A program made the position numbers and the translations under genes. Under the pieces are notes generated by a model. The model had not been told where the DNA came from. It did not search any database and saw nothing but the letters and a program-made list of their open reading frames with translations. Shown here piece after piece: positions 8,323-16,984 of a stretch of DNA of 38,172 nucleotides. Within the stretch, counting starts at the first letter, position 1. Each line of letters starts with the position of its first letter. Origin of the DNA: a virus; IMG/VR virus record IMGVR_UViG_3300032274_000021; one strand, 5' to 3'.

Positions 8323-8340
8323 TAACAACCTATGTTGTTA
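8323..8340. promoter_or_regulatory. Operator O1: perfect palindrome TAACAAC-CTAT-GTTGTTA
   Basis: It was read directly from the sequence. On the minus strand it lies in the 17-nt spacer between TTGACG (-35) and TATTTC (-10) just upstream of the cro-like ATG. Confidence 0.7.
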
Positions 8341-8371
8341 TCGTCAACACCCAAAAGTCACGCGCACAAAA

Positions 8372-8385
8372 ACAACCAAAGTTGT
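8372..8385. promoter_or_regulatory. Operator O2: ACAAC-CAAA-GTTGT
   Basis: It has the same half-sites and 4-bp spacer as O1. It is centred 47 bp from O1, immediately upstream of the cI ATG. Confidence 0.6.
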
Positions 8386-8391
8386 AGGTTG

Positions 8392-9069
8392 ATGAGAATG
8401 ATTATCGGTGAACGCATCGAAACTCTGTTGAATGAGCGAGGCTGGTCCCAGGCGGAACTGGCTAGGCGTGTGGGCGTAAGCCAGCAAACCATCTGGAAGT
8501 TGATTTCTGGCGGATCACGGCAATCGAAATATCTGGTTCCCATCGCTCGCGCGCTTCGCACTACGCCTGAATATCTGATGGGAGAGACTGACGATCCAGC
8601 ATCGAATAAGGTTGGCGAGGCGCAGCAGACGTGGAACGGGCCGCCTGCCGAAAAATCGGATGTGGTGGAATTGCCGCAATTCGATCTGGCATATGGCATG
8701 GGCAGCAGCTTTATCCATGATGTGCCGGTTACAGGTGTATCGCGCAGCTTTTCCCGCGCATGGCTGCGCCAGTTTACAGAATCGCCTATCCGCAATCTGT
8801 TCTGGGCCAGTGGCATTGGCGATTCGATGATGCCCACCATACAGGATGCCGATGTGGTGCTGGTGGATACGGCCATCCGCACGCCAGAGATGTGGGATAA
8901 AATCTGGGCGCTGGAAATGGGCGGCATGGGCATGATCAAACGGCTGCGCCCCACAAAGGATGGCACCGGCATTCGCCTGTTATCCGATGGTGGTCAGCCT
9001 GAAGAAATCGCCTATGACGGGGAAATGAATGTCATTGGCCGCGTCGTGGCCATTGCCCGGAAGATTTGA
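8392..9069 (+). CDS. cI: CI-type repressor: XRE HTH plus an S24 (LexA-like) autopeptidase domain
   Basis: It has an HTH (RGWSQAELARRVGVSQQTIWKLISG), a Ser motif (GDSMMPTI) and a Lys motif (MIKRL). The start MRMIIGERIE is chosen because the track start at 8332 lies inside operator O1. Confidence 0.85.
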   Translation: MRMIIGERIETLLNERGWSQAELARRVGVSQQTIWKLISGGSRQSKYLVPIARALRTTPEYLMGETDDPASNKVGEAQQTWNGPPAEKSDVVELPQFDLAYGMGSSFIHDVPVTGVSRSFSRAWLRQFTESPIRNLFWASGIGDSMMPTIQDADVVLVDTAIRTPEMWDKIWALEMGGMGMIKRLRPTKDGTGIRLLSDGGQPEEIAYDGEMNVIGRVVAIARKI

Positions 9070-9101
9070 TTGTCACTTAATTTGCAACAGGAGCAATCCG
9101 A

Positions 9102-9521
9102 ATGAAGAAACTGATTTGCCTCGCACTTTTGTCAGGTGTTGCCGCGTGTGATGTTCCGGCGGAAACGTCTGGCGGGATGGCCGAAAGCAATGAAGAAGTG
9201 GCAAGCAATCTGACCGGCCCACAGAAAAATGCTGTCAGGTCGGCAAAGCAATATATCAGTATGTCAGGCTTTTCGCGCAGTGGTTTGATTGACCAATTGT
9301 CATCCGAATATGGCGATGGCTATGAAGTGGCAGACGCCACCGCAGCGGTGGACAGCCTGACTATCGACTGGAATGAACAGGCTGCCCGGTCTGCCAAGCA
9401 ATATCTCGATATGTCGGGCTTCTCATGCAATGGCCTGATTGATCAATTGTCATCGGATGCAGGCGATAAATACACGGTGGAACAGGCCACCTTTGGGGCT
9501 GAACAGGCGGGTGCCTGTTAA
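9102..9521 (+). CDS. ltp: Ltp-like (host cell surface-exposed lipoprotein family) tandem-repeat lipoprotein, a candidate superinfection-exclusion protein
   Basis: It has a signal peptide and lipobox (MKKLICLALLSGVAAC) with Asp at +2. Two repeats (KNAVRSAKQYISMSGFSRSGLIDQLSSEYGDGY.. and ..AARSAKQYLDMSGFSCNGLIDQLSSDAGDKY..) match the Ltp repeat as I recall it. There is a good Shine-Dalgarno sequence (caggag). Confidence 0.7.
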   Translation: MKKLICLALLSGVAACDVPAETSGGMAESNEEVASNLTGPQKNAVRSAKQYISMSGFSRSGLIDQLSSEYGDGYEVADATAAVDSLTIDWNEQAARSAKQYLDMSGFSCNGLIDQLSSDAGDKYTVEQATFGAEQAGAC

Positions 9522-9536
9522 GGGCCCCTCCGCCGT

Positions 9537-9893
9537 TCAGATCAGATCATCAACCGTGATGGCCAGCGCATCGGCCAGCTTTTTCAGCGTGTCGATCGAT
9601 CCGCTTTTCTGTCCCGCTTCGATATTGGCGATCTGAACACGGTTCACGCCGGATGCATCACCCAGCGCCACCTGCGTCAGCCCGCGATATTCGCGCCACA
9701 CGCGCAGGGGCCGTTCCCCGGCAATCATGCGGGCTGCAATTTCGGCAGGGACCAGTTCTTCATCCCCGTGGCGGATCGCCGCCATCGCGCGGTCATAGCT
9801 GCGCAAATCTTCCAGATCCACGGCGGCCAGTTTCAATGCCTCATATTCGTCCAGGGGAATGGTGATCATTTCGCCCATTGTCATCTCCATCAT
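9537..9893 (-). CDS. XRE-family HTH antitoxin (HigA-like position, downstream of the toxin)
   Basis: It has a C-terminal HTH (RGLTQVALGDASGVNRVQIANIEAG), and its ATG overlaps the toxin stop (ATGA). Confidence 0.75.
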   Translation of the reverse strand: MMEMTMGEMITIPLDEYEALKLAAVDLEDLRSYDRAMAAIRHGDEELVPAEIAARMIAGERPLRVWREYRGLTQVALGDASGVNRVQIANIEAGQKSGSIDTLKKLADALAITVDDLI

Positions 9894-10138
9894 TCGTAAA
9901 CACCGCCACGCGGGCCAATTTCCAGCACGGCCAGCACCGCGCCATCATCCATAATAACGCGCCAGTCACCCACCCGCAGGCGGATGCCGGTGCGCCCCTT
10001 CAGCGCGGTGACATTGTTGGCCTGCGCCGCCGGATTGGCGGCATATTCTTCCACCTTCGCCACGATGCGCTGTGCCGTATTCGCAGGCATCCGGCGCAAG
10101 GTCTTGATGGCAGAACGGGTGTAAGTGATCGGCTTCAT
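9890..10138 (-). CDS. RelE/ParE-superfamily toxin
   Basis: The sequence MKPITYTRSAIKTLRRMP...GIRLRVGDWRVI...IGPRGGVY is typical of RelE/ParE. The ATG at 10138 is chosen because the track start is a TTG inside the promoter. Confidence 0.75.
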   Translation of the reverse strand: MKPITYTRSAIKTLRRMPANTAQRIVAKVEEYAANPAAQANNVTALKGRTGIRLRVGDWRVIMDDGAVLAVLEIGPRGGVYE

Positions 10139-10156
10139 GCGAATGATGTAGCCCAA

Positions 10157-10184
10157 AGTTACAATGTAGTCAATAGTTACATTG
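10157..10184 (-). promoter_or_regulatory. Promoter/operator of the toxin-antitoxin pair: direct repeats AGTTACAATG and AGTTACATTG
   Basis: The repeats are 18 bp apart and overlap a TTGACT-N17-TACATC promoter-like element on the minus strand just upstream of the toxin ATG. Confidence 0.5.
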
Positions 10185-10198
10185 ACAGAATGTGCAGA

Positions 10199-11233
10199 TT
10201 ATTTCGTGGCTTCCAGTGTCAGGCCGGTGGTCAAACCGCCGCTGCCATCCATCGTGTGGCTGCATTCGGCCACCACCCATTGCCGCGCATCGATTTCCGC
10301 CTTGAAGCCGGTCAATTCCATCGGGCGTTCCGGGAAAATGTCGGGGCGGCCATAGGCCAGTTTGGTGCTGAACTTTGCCACCTGCCGTGCAAGGCGACTG
10401 TTTTCTGCCTTGGCGGCCTGTTTTGCATCCGCCTCATTCGCGTAAACCTTGCGCAGCCGCTTGGCCTTGCCGGTGCCGCTGCCTTTCACCGTCACTGTTT
10501 TGCGGGTGCCACTGGCCTTGTCATGCCAGCGGGCCGTCACCCCGGCGCGGTCATTCTGGTCAATCCGCGTGTAATCGCCGCTGCCATCGGTCTGCCTGCG
10601 TTCGATTGTTTCGGTGGGCAGATCACTGCCGCCTGCGGATTTGCCACTGCCGATCGGCGCGAAGATCAGCGTGGCCGCCTTGATCGTGGCCACCGCATCA
10701 AACCGTTTGCCCAGCGCGCGCAGCAGCGCGGCATCGCTTTTCGCGCCATGCCCCAGCGCGGGAACCACATTGCCACCCAGCGTATCATCCACCTTTGCTG
10801 CCAGCCCGTTGGCGGCGGCTATGGAGCCAATGATATCCGCCACCGTCTGCCCCACAAAGCTGCGTTCGCGCCGCACCTTCAATGCGTCAGTCATATCAGC
10901 AGAACGTGCCCGGATGGTGATTGTATCCGGGTTGCCGCGCCAGCTGGCTTCATCCACCTTATACGTGCCCTTGTCCACCAGCCCGGTGGGCAGGCCGGTG
11001 CCCTGTTTCCAGCCCAGCTGCACCTTCAGCGTGGCACCTTTGGGCGGGATTTCCACCATGCCATCTGCATCGGACAGGGTGATATCCAGCTGATCGGCTT
11101 CATCACCGCGCTTTTCACTGATGGTCAGCGCGATCAGCACGGGGTCAATCGTTTCGGTCAGGTCTTTGCCATCCAGCGTCACCTTCCACGCTGCAATGGG
11201 CATTTTCAGCGCCTGCCGTTCAGTATCAGCCAT
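10199..11233 (-). CDS. gpD: Tail protein D (late control D family)
   Basis: MADTERQALKMPIAAWKVTLDGKDLTE...DQLDITLSDADG is typical of gpD. It is the last gene of the tail operon. The track ORF is extended upstream through gpU in another frame. Confidence 0.85.
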   Translation of the reverse strand: MADTERQALKMPIAAWKVTLDGKDLTETIDPVLIALTISEKRGDEADQLDITLSDADGMVEIPPKGATLKVQLGWKQGTGLPTGLVDKGTYKVDEASWRGNPDTITIRARSADMTDALKVRRERSFVGQTVADIIGSIAAANGLAAKVDDTLGGNVVPALGHGAKSDAALLRALGKRFDAVATIKAATLIFAPIGSGKSAGGSDLPTETIERRQTDGSGDYTRIDQNDRAGVTARWHDKASGTRKTVTVKGSGTGKAKRLRKVYANEADAKQAAKAENSRLARQVAKFSTKLAYGRPDIFPERPMELTGFKAEIDARQWVVAECSHTMDGSGGLTTGLTLEATK

Positions 11234-11606
11234 CGGCGCGTTCCAGCGCCAGCGTGAAATCGCTCTTGCGCGCGGCCCCATCCACGAAAAACAGTTCCTG
11301 CCGCAGATCCAGCTTGCGAATGAAGAAATCGCCCAGCACTTCACCCACGCCGGAAACCAGCGTGTATGCCTCCCCCTTGTCCGCCATTTCGCGGATGGTG
11401 TCGATCGATGAATAGGCACCGATCCCCTCACCGGGGTAAAGCGCGCCCGACAGGTTGATTGTTTCTGCGCCGGGGCCAATGAACTGGCTGGCCGGGCGGG
11501 CCATGAACCGTTCGGATTGGGCGTGCCGCCATTCCCAGCTGCGCTGCAATTCCTGATAGGGCAGGGTGCCGATTTCAAAGGCGAACATATCCAGGGCCAT
11601 CAGCAT
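11226..11606 (-). CDS. gpU: Tail protein U
   Basis: MLMALDMFAFEIGTLPYQELQRSWEWRHA...PASQFIGPGAETINLSGALYP follows the P2 GpU pattern, and the gene sits between T and D. Confidence 0.85.
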   Translation of the reverse strand: MLMALDMFAFEIGTLPYQELQRSWEWRHAQSERFMARPASQFIGPGAETINLSGALYPGEGIGAYSSIDTIREMADKGEAYTLVSGVGEVLGDFFIRKLDLRQELFFVDGAARKSDFTLALERADG

Positions 11607-11608
11607 AT

Positions 11609-13807
11609 TTATTCGTCCTGATAGGATGATCGTTTCGCCGCAGCGGCCATTGCGCTTTGCCGCTGCAATTCAGCGGCCACGGCCTGTGCGATGCTTTCTG
11701 CGCTTTGCCCCGGCGCGGCATGGATGGTGATGCTGACCTGGCCAAACTGCATCCCGCCGGAATGTCCACCGCCGCCGCCGGTGGCGGCCATTGCCATTGT
11801 GGCACTGGCCATGCTGGCCCCGGCCACACCCTTTGCCATTGAACGCGCGGCGCGGATGGGGGAACCAGCCCCGCCATCGATCCCACGCGCCAGCCCATCG
11901 GTGATGTAACCGCCCATGCCCATCATCAGGCGGGATGGGCTTTTGATCCCGAAGAAGTTCTTGAACGCGCTGATTCCGCCCTTGGCAATCTGGATCAGGC
12001 GCGTTGCCAGAACCGCAGGGTTCAGCGCGGATAGCAGGCCGGTCATCATCATGCCGCCCAGATTTTTCAGCCAGTCTGGCAGGCCACCAATCGCGCCTTT
12101 CACCCACGCCACGCCGGAATGGAAGGCAGCAGAAATCTTGTCCCAGTGTTTGTAGATCATGTATCCGGCAAAGGCGACAGCGGCCACGATGGCGGCGATC
12201 ACCAGAACGATGGGATTGGCCAGCATCATTGCGCCTGCCTTCATCATCCCGCTGCCCATCAGCAATGCCGCCGTGCGGATGCCGCTGAAGACTTTCATCA
12301 GCATTGGCCCATTGGTCAGCGCCAGACGGAACACGGTGGAAAATGGCCCCAGAATCGCGCCGAATGCAAATTTCAGTGCGCCCATGCCGATCACCAGCCC
12401 GGAAACGGCCATCCAGGTCATCAGCAAACCCTTTGCCAATGCAGGATGTTCCTTTGACCAGTTCCGTACCGTGTTGGCGATCGAAACAATCTTTTTGGAA
12501 GCTGCGGTGACTGTGGGCAGCAGCATGGTGCCCAGCGTGATATTCACCGCCTTCAGCGCATTGATGGCCAGCCCTGTGGCCCCTTCCGTGGTGGCGATGC
12601 GGGAAAGATATTCCTTCTGCATCGATCCGGCATATTGCGCCTTGTCACCCACCAGCGCGAAGTTCGCCTGAAGCTGGTCAAAACTGGCAAGAAGGGGGGC
12701 GATTGCCGCCACGCTTTCCGATCCGAACAGCTGGGTCAGCATACTGGCCTGCTGGGCCTTGGGCAATTCGCGGATGCGCGCCAGCAGATCGGTGATCGCG
12801 CCAGCTGCATCCTTTTGCATGGCTTCTGCCAGGTTCCCGGCATCCAGCCCCAGCGCGGCGAATGCCTGTTGCTGTTTCTTTGTGGCAGCTTCACCCTTTG
12901 TCATGGCCAGCATCATGTTCTTGATGCCGGTGGCGGCGATTTCTTCCTCCACACCCACCGAATTCATCAGCTGGCCCATTGCGGCAATTTCCGGCGCGGC
13001 AAGCCCTGCCACCTTACCCAGCGCGCCAATCCGCGTGGTGATGCCAGCCACGGCGGTCACATTGCCGCCATAGGTGTTGGTCAGCGCGTTGATCTTGTCC
13101 GCCAGCGATCGAACTTCACCCTGGCCCATGCCAAAGGCTGTGCGCCATTTGGCCATCATCGCGCCTGCATCTTCAGCCGTGCTGTCAAAGGCGATGCCCA
13201 TCTGCGCCGCATCTTCTGCAAAGGTCAGCAATTCTTTTCGCGCCACGCCAGCGCGGCCAGCTGCGGCCACGATCTGGGCCAACCCTTCTGCCGCCATCGG
13301 AATCCGGGTGGACATATCGGTGATGTCTTCACCCATCTGGCGGTATTGATCCGGCGTGTCGAAATTCACCACCTTGCGCACATCGGCCATCGCGCTTTCA
13401 AATGTCATGGCCTGTTTTGCCGCCAGCACGCCCGGTGCCGCCATTGCCACGCCTGCCATGATGTTGCCGGTGCCCGAACCGCGCAGATCCTCGCCACGCT
13501 GGCGCATGGCATCCGCCTGGGCATTGATCTTCAGCAGGCGCACCTGCCGTTCCATCCGGTCATTGGTGCGATCGATGCGGTCTGCCAGATCGCGTTCGCG
13601 CTGGATCAGCTGGGTCACATTGCCGCTGGTTCGGCCAATTTCGCCGCGCACATCGCGCAGTTCGCGGTCCAGATCGCGCGCCTCTCGCTTCATCGCGGCC
13701 AGTTTTTCACTGCCGCTCTGGCCCAGCCCTACGATTTTCTTCAGCGGGCCGGAAAGCTTGTCTGAACTGGCGAAGGAAACCAGCAGGCGCAGATTTTTGG
13801 TGCTCAT
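11609..13807 (-). CDS. gpT: Tail tape measure protein
   Basis: It is a large helical Ala/Gly/Met-rich protein with a hydrophobic central region, placed after E/E'. The start MSTKNLRL overlaps the E' stop (ATGA). Confidence 0.9.
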   Translation of the reverse strand: MSTKNLRLLVSFASSDKLSGPLKKIVGLGQSGSEKLAAMKREARDLDRELRDVRGEIGRTSGNVTQLIQRERDLADRIDRTNDRMERQVRLLKINAQADAMRQRGEDLRGSGTGNIMAGVAMAAPGVLAAKQAMTFESAMADVRKVVNFDTPDQYRQMGEDITDMSTRIPMAAEGLAQIVAAAGRAGVARKELLTFAEDAAQMGIAFDSTAEDAGAMMAKWRTAFGMGQGEVRSLADKINALTNTYGGNVTAVAGITTRIGALGKVAGLAAPEIAAMGQLMNSVGVEEEIAATGIKNMMLAMTKGEAATKKQQQAFAALGLDAGNLAEAMQKDAAGAITDLLARIRELPKAQQASMLTQLFGSESVAAIAPLLASFDQLQANFALVGDKAQYAGSMQKEYLSRIATTEGATGLAINALKAVNITLGTMLLPTVTAASKKIVSIANTVRNWSKEHPALAKGLLMTWMAVSGLVIGMGALKFAFGAILGPFSTVFRLALTNGPMLMKVFSGIRTAALLMGSGMMKAGAMMLANPIVLVIAAIVAAVAFAGYMIYKHWDKISAAFHSGVAWVKGAIGGLPDWLKNLGGMMMTGLLSALNPAVLATRLIQIAKGGISAFKNFFGIKSPSRLMMGMGGYITDGLARGIDGGAGSPIRAARSMAKGVAGASMASATMAMAATGGGGGHSGGMQFGQVSITIHAAPGQSAESIAQAVAAELQRQSAMAAAAKRSSYQDE

Positions 13808-14309
13808 GGTCCCTTCACCCTGTTCATCAGTTTCCATCGTTCCACGGCCAGTCCGTGCCAGCGCATCAGTTCATCCAGTTCCATCGCCAGCAATTCAGAC
13901 AGTGGCCAATGGAAGATGGCGGCCAGATCAGCGATCAGGCTTTCAGCACCTGCTCCATCCGCTTCCGCTTGGCCGCCGTCAGAAAAAAATCAATGATTGC
14001 CTCGGCGCACACCACCAGGTCTTCCGGCTCAAGATTGTCTGCCTCTGGCTGGGTGATTGGCGGGATAGAAATTCTTGGCAGAACATCCAGCACCGCCGAT
14101 CCATCGCCATTCGTCAGCGATGCCAAATTCATACCTCGCAATTCGCCCGCCTTGGGCTTGCGCAAGGTGATTTCGGTGATGGTGGTATCCCCGCGCACAA
14201 TCGGTTCTGACAGCGCAATCGGATCAGACATCTTGCGGGCATTGCCAGCAGCAGGTGCAGGTTCGGTGGTTGGGGTTTCTGGTTGAAGAGCGGATTTGTC
14301 AGCCATCAT
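13804..14309 (-). CDS. gpE': Tail assembly chaperone E+E', made by programmed -1 frameshift at T TTT TTT (A7 at 13983-13989 on the plus strand)
   Basis: The -1 frame is open from the slippery heptamer to a TGA at 13806-13804 and encodes ...LAAIFHWPLSELLAMELDELMRWHGLAVERWK. Confidence 0.8.
13935..14309 (-). CDS. gpE: Tail assembly chaperone E
   Basis: The sequence contains TITEITLRKPKAGELRGMNL. The gene sits between the tube and tape measure genes and has a GAAGGA Shine-Dalgarno sequence. Confidence 0.85.
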   Translation of the reverse strand: MMADKSALQPETPTTEPAPAAGNARKMSDPIALSEPIVRGDTTITEITLRKPKAGELRGMNLASLTNGDGSAVLDVLPRISIPPITQPEADNLEPEDLVVCAEAIIDFFLTAAKRKRMEQVLKA

Positions 14310-14393
14310 CTATCCTTCAGGGAATGGAGCGGATCGGGTCTTCACCCCGGCGCGTCCGCTCATTGCACGCCGGGGCGAAGCTTATTGGCGGGA

Positions 14394-14903
14394 TCAGATG
14401 CCCAGTGCGGCGCGCTGCTGCGCCAGGCGGTCAATGCCGTTGACGATGAAGATCAGGTTTTCTTCATCCTTTTCGATCAGCACGCGGCCATCCACCGTCA
14501 GCTTGTAATAGCTGCAAATGGTCTTCACGCCCTGTTCGGTATCATCGCCGGGCTTGCCAGTGCCGGGGTCAATTTCCTGATGGCGCCCGCGCACCACGAT
14601 TTCGACGGATTTATAGGTGCCGGTGCTGTCATCCTGATAGGCACCCACCCAGCGCAGCTGAACCGCGTCATGGGTGATTGCGCCGAACTGGGCGAACACC
14701 TGGTCAATATGGCCGCCAGCCTTCCATTCGAATTCGATGGTTTCACCGCCCAGATCGATCTGGATTCCGGCATCCATGCCGCCGCCACGGTAACCTTCCA
14801 GCTTGCGGGCCAGCTTGGGGATAGACACTTCAGGAATCAGCCCGATGAAGCTGACGCCATCGTTATAAAGGTTCATGTTCTTCAGTTTGGAAGGCAGGGC
14901 CAT
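14394..14903 (-). CDS. gpFII: Major tail tube protein FII
   Basis: MALPSKLKNMNLYNDG... fits the P2 tube family, and the gene lies downstream of the sheath gene. Confidence 0.9.
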   Translation of the reverse strand: MALPSKLKNMNLYNDGVSFIGLIPEVSIPKLARKLEGYRGGGMDAGIQIDLGGETIEFEWKAGGHIDQVFAQFGAITHDAVQLRWVGAYQDDSTGTYKSVEIVVRGRHQEIDPGTGKPGDDTEQGVKTICSYYKLTVDGRVLIEKDEENLIFIVNGIDRLAQQRAALGI

Positions 14904-14945
14904 GACGGGTTACTCCAAAGGAAAAGGGAAGGGGGTCAGCGGGGA

Positions 14946-16079
14946 TCAGGCCGCCAGCAATTCGGCATAGAATTTATCGGTGATGCGCTGGTTCAGCGTG
15001 ATCGCTTCAGCAGGGGCGACAGGGGTATAGCTGTAATCGAACACCAGCTTGCCCGCTGCCATGTCAGCTGCGCTGTTATCCGTATCGCGGAATGTCGCTT
15101 CTGCCCCGATGATGCGGCCCTGCGCCTTCAGCGAACGGAATTTGGCGTTGATGGTTTCAAGGATGTCATTGATCAGCCCCTTGGTGATCGGTTTGTCGAT
15201 CGCCCACACCAGCCCTTCTGCAATGGCATCCTGCAAAATCTGCGCGGTGCGGGTGGCGCTTTCAAAGGCGAACAGCGGTTCATCTGAACAGGTGCGGTTC
15301 CCCCAGAAGCGATAGCCATCAAGGCGCGCCAGCGTGGTCACATCGGCATCATTCAGCAGCCCGGCATCGGTGGTTTCACTGGCCAGGATGGAGAAGGATA
15401 CCCCCTTGCTGATGCCAGTCACGCCGTTCACCGCCATGTTGGACAGCGTTTTGTGCCAGCCAACCTGCGTATCAATCTTGGCGCGCAGGCCCATTGCACG
15501 GGCGATGGCAGAGCCGGTGAAATCGCTGAAGTCGGGCCAGATCAGCATCAGTTCGCGCGCGGCGAAATTGGCGCGATATGCGGTCACTTCCGCCACTGTG
15601 TCACCCACAGCCGCTGCATAGGCAAAGGCGCGCAGTTTTTCGGCAATGGTGGCGAGTTCCGTGGCAACAGCCTGCGTATCGTAACCCGGAACACCCAGAA
15701 TGCGCGGGCGCAGGCCCACCAGCGATTCTGCGGCCAGCAGAGCCTGCAAGCCGGTGCGGTCACCACCAGCAGTCACCGTGCCGATAATATTGGTTTCGGT
15801 GGCGGCGGCATCCACACCCTCTGCCACGCGCACAACCACCAGCGGCGGGCTGGCCTGATCGGCAATCGCCTTCAGCGCATTGGCAAAGTTCCCTTCCGTT
15901 CCTGCAACGGCAATCGCGCCGGTCACATCGGTGACCAGCACCGGCGTATCCAGCGGGAAAGCGGCGGCATTGGCATCATCTGCAACAACGACAATGCCGA
16001 TAACGGATGTGGCGATATCGGCAATCGCGCGGACGCCGGTGTTGATCTCATTGACCGTGATACCGTGGTAATATGGCAT
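14946..16079 (-). CDS. gpFI: Contractile tail sheath protein FI
   Basis: MPYYHGITVNEINTGVRAI... is a typical sheath N-terminus (377 aa). Confidence 0.9.
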   Translation of the reverse strand: MPYYHGITVNEINTGVRAIADIATSVIGIVVVADDANAAAFPLDTPVLVTDVTGAIAVAGTEGNFANALKAIADQASPPLVVVRVAEGVDAAATETNIIGTVTAGGDRTGLQALLAAESLVGLRPRILGVPGYDTQAVATELATIAEKLRAFAYAAAVGDTVAEVTAYRANFAARELMLIWPDFSDFTGSAIARAMGLRAKIDTQVGWHKTLSNMAVNGVTGISKGVSFSILASETTDAGLLNDADVTTLARLDGYRFWGNRTCSDEPLFAFESATRTAQILQDAIAEGLVWAIDKPITKGLINDILETINAKFRSLKAQGRIIGAEATFRDTDNSAADMAAGKLVFDYSYTPVAPAEAITLNQRITDKFYAELLAA

Positions 16080-16094
16080 GGGGCGGGCCTTTCG

Positions 16095-16433
16095 TTAAAA
16101 CGGGATGGAAAGCTGCAAGCGGTTGTTGAGCGGCAAATCTGTGCGCCGGCCGATCAGGGTCAGGATGATCTGGCCAGTGGCGGAAAGGGCGAGCGATACG
16201 CGTTCCAGCGCGATGCGCGGTTCCCAGCGGCGGATGGCCCCGGCGGTGGCGGCAATCCACAGCAGGCGTGTGGCGGGCGTCAGCGGGGCATCCACCAGTT
16301 CAAACAGGCGCGAACCATAATCACGCCGCATCACGCGCGTGGTCAGGGGCGTGGTCAGGATATCGGCGATCGACTGCGCAATATGCGCTTCATCCGCCCA
16401 TGCCGCGCCGGTTTGCCGGTTCATCCCACTCAT
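16095..16433 (-). CDS. gpW: Baseplate protein W (GPW/gp25 family)
   Basis: IAQSIADILTTPLTTRVMRRDYGSRLFELVD is the GPW/gp25 signature. Confidence 0.85.
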   Translation of the reverse strand: MSGMNRQTGAAWADEAHIAQSIADILTTPLTTRVMRRDYGSRLFELVDAPLTPATRLLWIAATAGAIRRWEPRIALERVSLALSATGQIILTLIGRRTDLPLNNRLQLSIPF

Positions 16434-16939
16434 TGCGGTGCCCCGGTGTTCGATCCGCCAGACTGCACGCCGCCATGCGTGTGCGATTTCAGGCTGATGC
16501 TATCGGCCACAACATCTGTGTCAGCGGTGACGGTGCCGGTAACATTCACGTCACCCGTGATCTGCACATTGCCGGTGATTTCCACATCGCCGGGGGCCAC
16601 GATTTGCAGGCCGTCATCAGTCAGCGTGATGACCAGACCGGCAGCGCCGTGGATCTGATGGGTGGCATCATTCGCCGGGGCGGGAAAGGCATTGGAATAG
16701 ATCCCGCGCAGGATCACACCGCCTGCAATATCCCCTTCCGGGCACAGCAGTATAACCTGTTCGCCTGCGCTGGGCGGGGTCCATGTGCGGAACGAACCCG
16801 CCCATTCCATCCAGGGCAGCGGCGGAGACAGCACATCACCCCCACGGAACACAGCCGTGGCGCTGCCCAGATCGACACTTTCAACAGTGCCGATGCGCAG
16901 TAAATCGCCAAGCTGGCCGGGGATATCGTCTTCATCCAT
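16430..16939 (-). CDS. gpV: Baseplate spike/assembly protein V
   Basis: It contains LRIGTVESVDLGSATA... and a C-terminal SLKSHTHGGVQSGGSNTGAP. The start MDEDD is chosen because the track start lies inside the late-promoter palindrome. Confidence 0.85.
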   Translation of the reverse strand: MDEDDIPGQLGDLLRIGTVESVDLGSATAVFRGGDVLSPPLPWMEWAGSFRTWTPPSAGEQVILLCPEGDIAGGVILRGIYSNAFPAPANDATHQIHGAAGLVITLTDDGLQIVAPGDVEITGNVQITGDVNVTGTVTADTDVVADSISLKSHTHGGVQSGGSNTGAPQ

Positions 16940-16984
16940 TGGGGCAACATCGCGGGGGCGGGCGGGTGCATCCATGCTGCGCGC

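Noticed and set aside
8332-8391. The track's upstream extension of cI (MLLSSTPKSHAHKNNQSCRL...). Similar N-terminal extensions occur for gpD (to 11578), gpV (to 17005), gpJ (to 20837), the holin (from 20778), gpP (from 29877), the HD protein (to 3256) and the RelE toxin (to 10156).
   Set aside because: The extensions run through operators, late-promoter palindromes or the preceding gene, and they lack family similarity. Internal ATGs with coupling or Shine-Dalgarno context were chosen instead.
9878-11257. Long plus-strand ORF (459 aa) opposite gpD/gpU. Similar long antisense ORFs lie at 5584-6633, 12635-13765, 14283-15287, 15453-16658, 24559-25866, 27718-28947, 29736-30791 and 31601-32539.
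   Set aside because: Each lies antisense to a gene with clear family motifs. Their products are low-complexity Arg/Gly/His/Ala-rich strings with no start context. These are the usual stop-free shadow frames of GC-rich DNA.
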